13,219 nucleotides of DNA from Octopus sinensis (lineage: Eukaryota), in assembly GCF_006345805.1 (NCBI RefSeq), contig NW_021826299.1:1-13219 (forward strand), given 5' to 3'. Under the pieces are notes generated by a model. The model ran no database searches and was not told the origin of the DNA. It was given only the letters and a program-made list of their open reading frames with translations. A program made the translations under genes and the position numbers. Position 1 is the first letter of the stretch. Each line of letters begins with the position of its first letter. Positions 8,489 to 13,219 of this stretch are shown here, one piece after another.

Positions 8489-8892
8489 CAATACCATATC
8501 AATCCGACTATAGTGCTAATCTTTAGGACTGGATAATATAAAACTATAGTAATGAAAAATTATTTAGAAAATTTCTAGTTGTATAATTTTCATTGTCATG
8601 TCTTTATATTAGATGTAAATAGTAAAATAGTTTTATATAATTCAGACCTGAAGATTGGCAGTATAGTCGGATTGATATTTGATATGGTATTGGATTTCAA
8701 GACCTTCTATTTCAGCAATACCGATAGATATTGTCATGAAACGCGCATAGTCTATATAATTTGATATAGGATTCAGAATAAGAATTGTAGATATTAATTT
8801 TGATAAAATAATTCAATCTTATATATCTCTATCATAGATAATTTCGTTCAGTATTGATTGAGTTGCTTGAAGGTGGTTCTGTCTCTTAAACC
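8489..8892 (+). mobile_element. Fold-back Penelope-like element remnant
   Basis: Inverted arms 8489-8547/8627-8692 overlapping a hammerhead motif at 8644-8753; microsatellite flanks. Right boundary approximate. Confidence 0.55.
8644..8753 (+). ncRNA. Type I hammerhead-like ribozyme with long stem II, probably one mutation from intact
   Basis: Stem I AGAC(8644-47)/GUCU(8750-53); CUGAAGA(8648-54); stem II base UGGCAGUAU(8656-64)/AUAUUGUCA(8728-36); GAAA(8738-41); stem III ACGCGCAU, one change from the palindrome ACGCGCGU; site after A8749. Confidence 0.6.
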
Positions 8893-8996
8893 TATATATA
8901 TATATATTATATAATAAAGCCAGTAATTCATTTTAGTACCACTAAATTGAATTTCTCTCCCCTATGTACTTGGAAATAACTTCCCTAATATTAATA

Positions 8997-9070
<74 letters not shown>

Positions 9071-9297
9071 ACACACACAGAGTAAAATCTATTTCCCAAT
9101 GTAAAGTGGCAGTTCTGATTAGGACAATGTTACTACCTTTTTTAGCCCCAGGAAAACATCTTTTCTGGCTGGCTACCGACACAATTGTACATTGGTTGCC
9201 GGCTGGTGCTATATGATGTTTAAGGCCATACGACCAACTCTAAAGATCAGGTACCAATCAAAGTTTTCAACAGTTATTCCATTATTTCTTTAATCAG

Positions 9298-9342
9298 ATC
9301 AACTCAGTGATTAGCTCACATAAAGCCGACTGTGAAACCTTT
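9298..9342 (+). CDS. Candidate internal coding exon (45 nt, phase 0): INSVISSHKADCETF
   Basis: Acceptor TTCCATTATTTCTTTAATCAG, donor TTT|GTATGT, frame-compatible with 7712-7792. Confidence 0.4.
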
Positions 9343-9675
9343 GTATGTGAGCTTCTACTCTTACTAACAACATATGCAAGTAATACATTCAACAGATTTT
9401 TAACATAGCAAGGGCTCTGAGCACTTTCTGGCGCTGGTGTAATATAATGAAACATGGACAAAAGCCATGTAATAATTTCCTTGTAGAAGAGACATTTTAG
9501 CCACTTAATATCACAAAAAATACTATTATATTTGTTTTCCTTTATTAATTGTATTGGCTGTTATAAACTGTCAAAAGGTTTAACGGCTCTTTTGTAACTT
9601 TGTTAATGACAATTCCATTATACATAATATATATACATACATATACATACATATATACATACATGCATATATAAT

Positions 9676-9718
<43 letters not shown>

Positions 9719-9833
9719 AATTAAATGTTCAATAAGATAATTATTTTCGAAATTTTTTCTCTATGAGGTTTTTACCTATCTACTGACAATTTCGTGTTAA
9801 GTTTTCCTTATTAAGTAGTTGTCCTTAATTGCA

Positions 9834-9871
<38 letters not shown>

Positions 9872-9977
9872 GTTACATAATATATATATATATATATACA
9901 ACATACACAGTTACATACTACATACATACATACATACATATATGTATATATATATATAATATATATTATATATATAT

Positions 9978-10008
<31 letters not shown>

Positions 10009-10261
10009 TATATACAGACAGATGCACAATATATGTATATTTCATTATAGTAGTATCTATGGAAGACTGGTGGAATTATTATTTATATGGACTTAACGAT
10101 TGATCGCAATTTAGCATATAATTTAGTTATTGCAGTTTCCTATTAAAACTGATACAATGTACATTGGTTTAAATGTCTCTTGTTGTAGTTTTTGTAAGGT
10201 TAGTGTTTAGTCCTGCCTATTGATTGACTGAAATAATGTGGTTATTAAGCTTTACTTTTAT

Positions 10262-10290
10262 TAGCATGGAAAGCGGACGCTAAATGATGA
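10262..10290 (+). mobile_element. 29-nt RTE-type 3' tail
   Basis: TAGCATGGAAAGCGGACGCTAAATGATGA is nearly identical to 12695-12723. Confidence 0.75.
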
Positions 10291-10782
10291 TATGGAAGAC
10301 AGTAGGGATTATAATTTTTTATGACTTAATAGAGTTGTCACTGTTTAGTTATGTATTTAGGAGGGGTTGTAATTTACTTATGGAATTTATTTATTGACAC
10401 GGTTGTACATTGAGTAAATGTGTTTGAAAGTTGTGAATTCTCTAGTTTGTTATTTTAATGCACTTGACATTGCCAGATTGACTGGTCCTGCTCAGGTGTT
10501 GAAACTATAATGATATCTGTGGGGCAGCTGATGATGGAGGTATGGTGGATTGTTGGAATGGCTGTTTTTGTATATGCAGATTAGTATTATTGGATTTTTG
10601 CTATGGCTGTAGAATAGTATTATAACACATCCTTTTGATATATATATGGATGTGTGTGTGCGTGTGTATGTGTGTGTGTGTAAGTGTGTGTGTGTGTAAT
10701 ACAACTTTATGATGTAACCATCTACAGAACAAAAAATACTTCTTATATATCTTTGTTGTTTTTAAAATTGTTGTGGCAATCC

Positions 10783-11152
10783 CTGTGCCGGTGGCACATA
10801 AAATGCACCATCCGAATGTGGCCAATGCCAGCACCACCCCGATTGGCTTCCATGCCGGTGGCACATAAAAAGAGCCATCCGAATGTGGCCGATGCCATCG
10901 CCAGCTTGACTGGCTTCCGTGCTGGTGGCACGTAAAAAGCACCAATCTGATCGTGCTCGTTTGCCAGCTTCGTCTGGTACGTAAAAAGCACCCACTACAC
11001 TCACGGAGTGGTTGGCGTTAGGAAGAGCATCCAGCCGTAGAAACACTGCCAGATCAGACTTGAGCCTGGTGCAGCCTTCTGGCTTCCCAGATCCCGGTTG
11101 AACCGTCCAACCCATGCTAGCACGGAAAACGGACATTAAACGATGATGATGA
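10783..11152 (+). mobile_element. RTE-type 3' UTR element with tandem 67-bp units and (GAT)n tail
   Basis: Units start at 10786, 10853, 10920 (partial at ~10975); 3' part is highly similar to 12591-12735. Confidence 0.88.
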
Positions 11153-11154
11153 TG

Positions 11155-11197
<43 letters not shown>

Positions 11198-11330
11198 TTT
11201 CATTTCTTAATTTTATCTTTCTTTTTTCTTTTTCTCTCATTATTTTTATTTATTCTTTTCCTTCTTTGTCTCTGAATTTCTCTTCTTCCTTTTTCTCATT
11301 TTTACTTCATTTTATTTTGTTCTTCTCTAT
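11153..11330. repeat. (ATT)n array followed by a T/C-rich low-complexity tract
   Basis: Direct reading. Confidence 0.9.
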
Positions 11331-11744
11331 TTAAGGACAATTTTGATATAGTGATAATATGATAATATTATCCTTGATCTGATTCTTACATTCTGTACAA
11401 TTATATTAAAATGATATAATTATATAACTATGGTTGTCATTATAATATTATGTAAGAAGTATCGAAACAGTTGTAGGAAATGAATACTTGAAATATCACT
11501 GCTATTGTCTTCTGTTATTAATTGAAATGCTTTTTCTCATGCTACCAACACTAGTGAGGTGCCATGCAACTTGCAAGCCTACAAAACCCGAGGATGGATT
11601 TTAAACAAGCAGATGAGTGTTTAGCTATGACAAGAAGTGATTTGGGCAGAGCAGGTTCTTTTTATAGCAGTGTCACATGATTACTCACATTTAAGAAAGA
11701 GTTAGAAACGAAATCAGTAGTAATTTTTCAATGCTTCCTGTTCA

Positions 11745-12430
11745 GGTGGTGCATTTTTACCTGATCTTCTTGCTAACTTTTGGCAGGTCTTCAAAAAGTC
11801 ATCCATTTGTCATATGCTGCTACCATTTAGCATTCAGGGCCATTCATAACAACGCTGTATAGCATCCATTTAGCTCATTTGATAATTTCTTTGTCAACGT
11901 CCCTGTTTCACTGCCATATAATAACACTGATTCGACAGTAATAAGGAACAGCTTCGTTTTGACTTACCCACGCAATTTGGATTTCCAGACCTTCTTCAGT
12001 TTGTGACTGGCTGTCCATACTTGTGCCTTCCTGGTCTTGGTGACTGCTTCTCAACTGCTCACCCATCCACCTAAGTACTTGAAATTTTCAGTAACATTCA
12101 GTTTGGAACCATTCAGAGCAAACTGTTCAGCATCATCACTTGATTGGTTGAAAGACATGTATTCAGTGTTCTTGACATTTGTATGCAGTCCAATTTTTGA
12201 AGCTGATGTTTTTACTCTGGTGAACAGCTTTTGTGCTTGATCTATTTCGTTAGTTATGACTGTTATATTATCTGTGAAGTCCAGGCCTGTAATGGTTACT
12301 GCTGGTCTCTTTGTGATCTTTGCAAGGTCTTCATCACTGTTTCTGCTGCATTGCATAATCCAATACAATTGCAAAGAGATAAGGTGCAAGCATATCTCCT
12401 TGTAGCACCCCAGTGAGTATTTGAAAGAAT
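11745..12430 (-). pseudogene. RTE-clade LINE reverse transcriptase fossil (frameshift and stops)
   Basis: FQILTGVLQGDMLAPYLFAIVLDYAMQ, LDFTDNI (decayed YADD-type motif), SKIGLHTNVKNTEYM, FKYLG, VESVLLYGSETGTLTKK, EDLPKVSKKIR. Confidence 0.92.
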
Positions 12431-12553
12431 TGCATGATGTAAGGAGGGGGAAATGTCTCACTTACGTCAACAATTTGATTGCAAACATTGACCTGGAATG
12501 TATCCAGGCCCTTGAGAAGTGTGACATGTGTATATATATTTGTGTACATATAC

Positions 12554-12735
12554 GTTAGGAAGGGCATACGTTTGGTGTTAGGAAGGGCATTTGGTGTTAG
12601 GAAGGGCATCCAGCTGTAGAAACATTGCCAGATCAGACTGGGCCTGGTGCAGCCTTCTGGCTTCCCAGACCCCGGTCAAACCGTCCAACCCATGCTAGCA
12701 TGGAAAGCGGATGCTAAATGATGACGATGATGATG
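12554..12735 (+). mobile_element. 5'-truncated RTE-type 3' end with reiterated 5' junction
   Basis: Highly similar to 11012-11152; GTTAGGAAGGGCAT occurs three times at the 5' end; (GAT)n tail. Confidence 0.9.
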
Positions 12736-12754
12736 ATACATGTATATGGGGGTG

Positions 12755-13050
12755 GGAGGTATGTGAACGAACGATTGGAATGTTGTACTCACCGCTGCAA
12801 GATCATGGCCTCAATTCCCAGACTGCTGGTGCATTGCATCCTTGAGCAAAACACTTCAGTTCACATTTCTCAGATCCACCCACTAGCAAATGAGTTGCTG
12901 TATAAAAGACTGGCATTCCATCAAGTGGGGTGGAATGTTGGCCTACCCACCTAGCCAGCAGCGTGGCATCATTTGAAAGCTACAACAATACAAGGAAATG
13001 CATTGTGACTAGCAGTGTACAACAACAAGTGATAGTCTGATCAACACATT
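12755..13050 (+). mobile_element. Degenerate tRNA-derived SINE
   Basis: Decayed A box, B-box-like GCCTCAATTCCC, CORE-like TGCATCCTTGAGCAAAACACTT, family body. Confidence 0.7.
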
Positions 13051-13064
13051 GATACAGTGTTGGA

Positions 13065-13200
13065 CACACACACACACACATACATAGGTATGTCTGCATG
13101 TGTGTATGTGTGTGTATGTGTGTGTGTGCATGTGCATGTGTATGTGTTCGTGTGTGTGCATGCATGCATGTGTGTATGCATGCGTATGTGCAATGGTGTT
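13065..13200. repeat. (CA)n/(TG)n/(TGCA)n low-complexity repeat
   Basis: Direct reading. Confidence 0.9.
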
Positions 13201-13219
13201 GTTTGGTGTTTGTGTGTAT

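Noticed and set aside
9417-9471. CUGAGCA ... GAAACAUGG-loop-CCAUGUA hammerhead-like pattern
   Set aside because: Catalytic G8 is C, there is no stem II, and stem I is poor despite a good 6-bp stem III.
6264-10198. Resemblance of the joined peptide to CTLH-type helices (QW..A..YL.P) and of YIG...CCxxC to OTT_1508-like deaminases
   Set aside because: Only visual pattern similarity, no HxE at proper spacing, and it depends on unverified junctions; needs a profile search.
10786-10995. Repeat units superficially like a CRISPR array
   Set aside because: Eukaryotic context, 'spacers' are similar to each other, no cas genes; part of a retroelement UTR.
11746-11790. Good acceptor followed by GAFLPDLLANFWQ
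   Set aside because: It is the antisense of the RTE fossil (EDLPKVSKKIR) and the donor is weak.

Overview
Eukaryotic, AT-rich, microsatellite-dense DNA. Its SINE, RTE and mariner content looks like an octopus-type (coleoid cephalopod) genome; that assignment is an inference from repeat recognition, not a database result. There is no intact gene ORF, and nearly all ORFs in the track are simple-repeat artefacts. Most of the window is dead or non-autonomous mobile DNA: several tRNA-derived SINEs, RTE-clade LINE fragments (an RT-domain fossil plus five copies of one (GAT)n-tailed 3' end), three Tc1/mariner relics, and short (TA)n-flanked Penelope-like elements. The most interesting signals are (i) two type I hammerhead-ribozyme motifs, one minimal (4119-4153) and one with an ~83-nt stem II plus an upstream antisense arm covering its catalytic core (8489-8753), and (ii) small candidate phase-0 exons on the + strand (best 7712-7792 and 9298-9342) that join into an unidentified protein-like sequence, one with its splice donor inside a perfect exon-intron hairpin.
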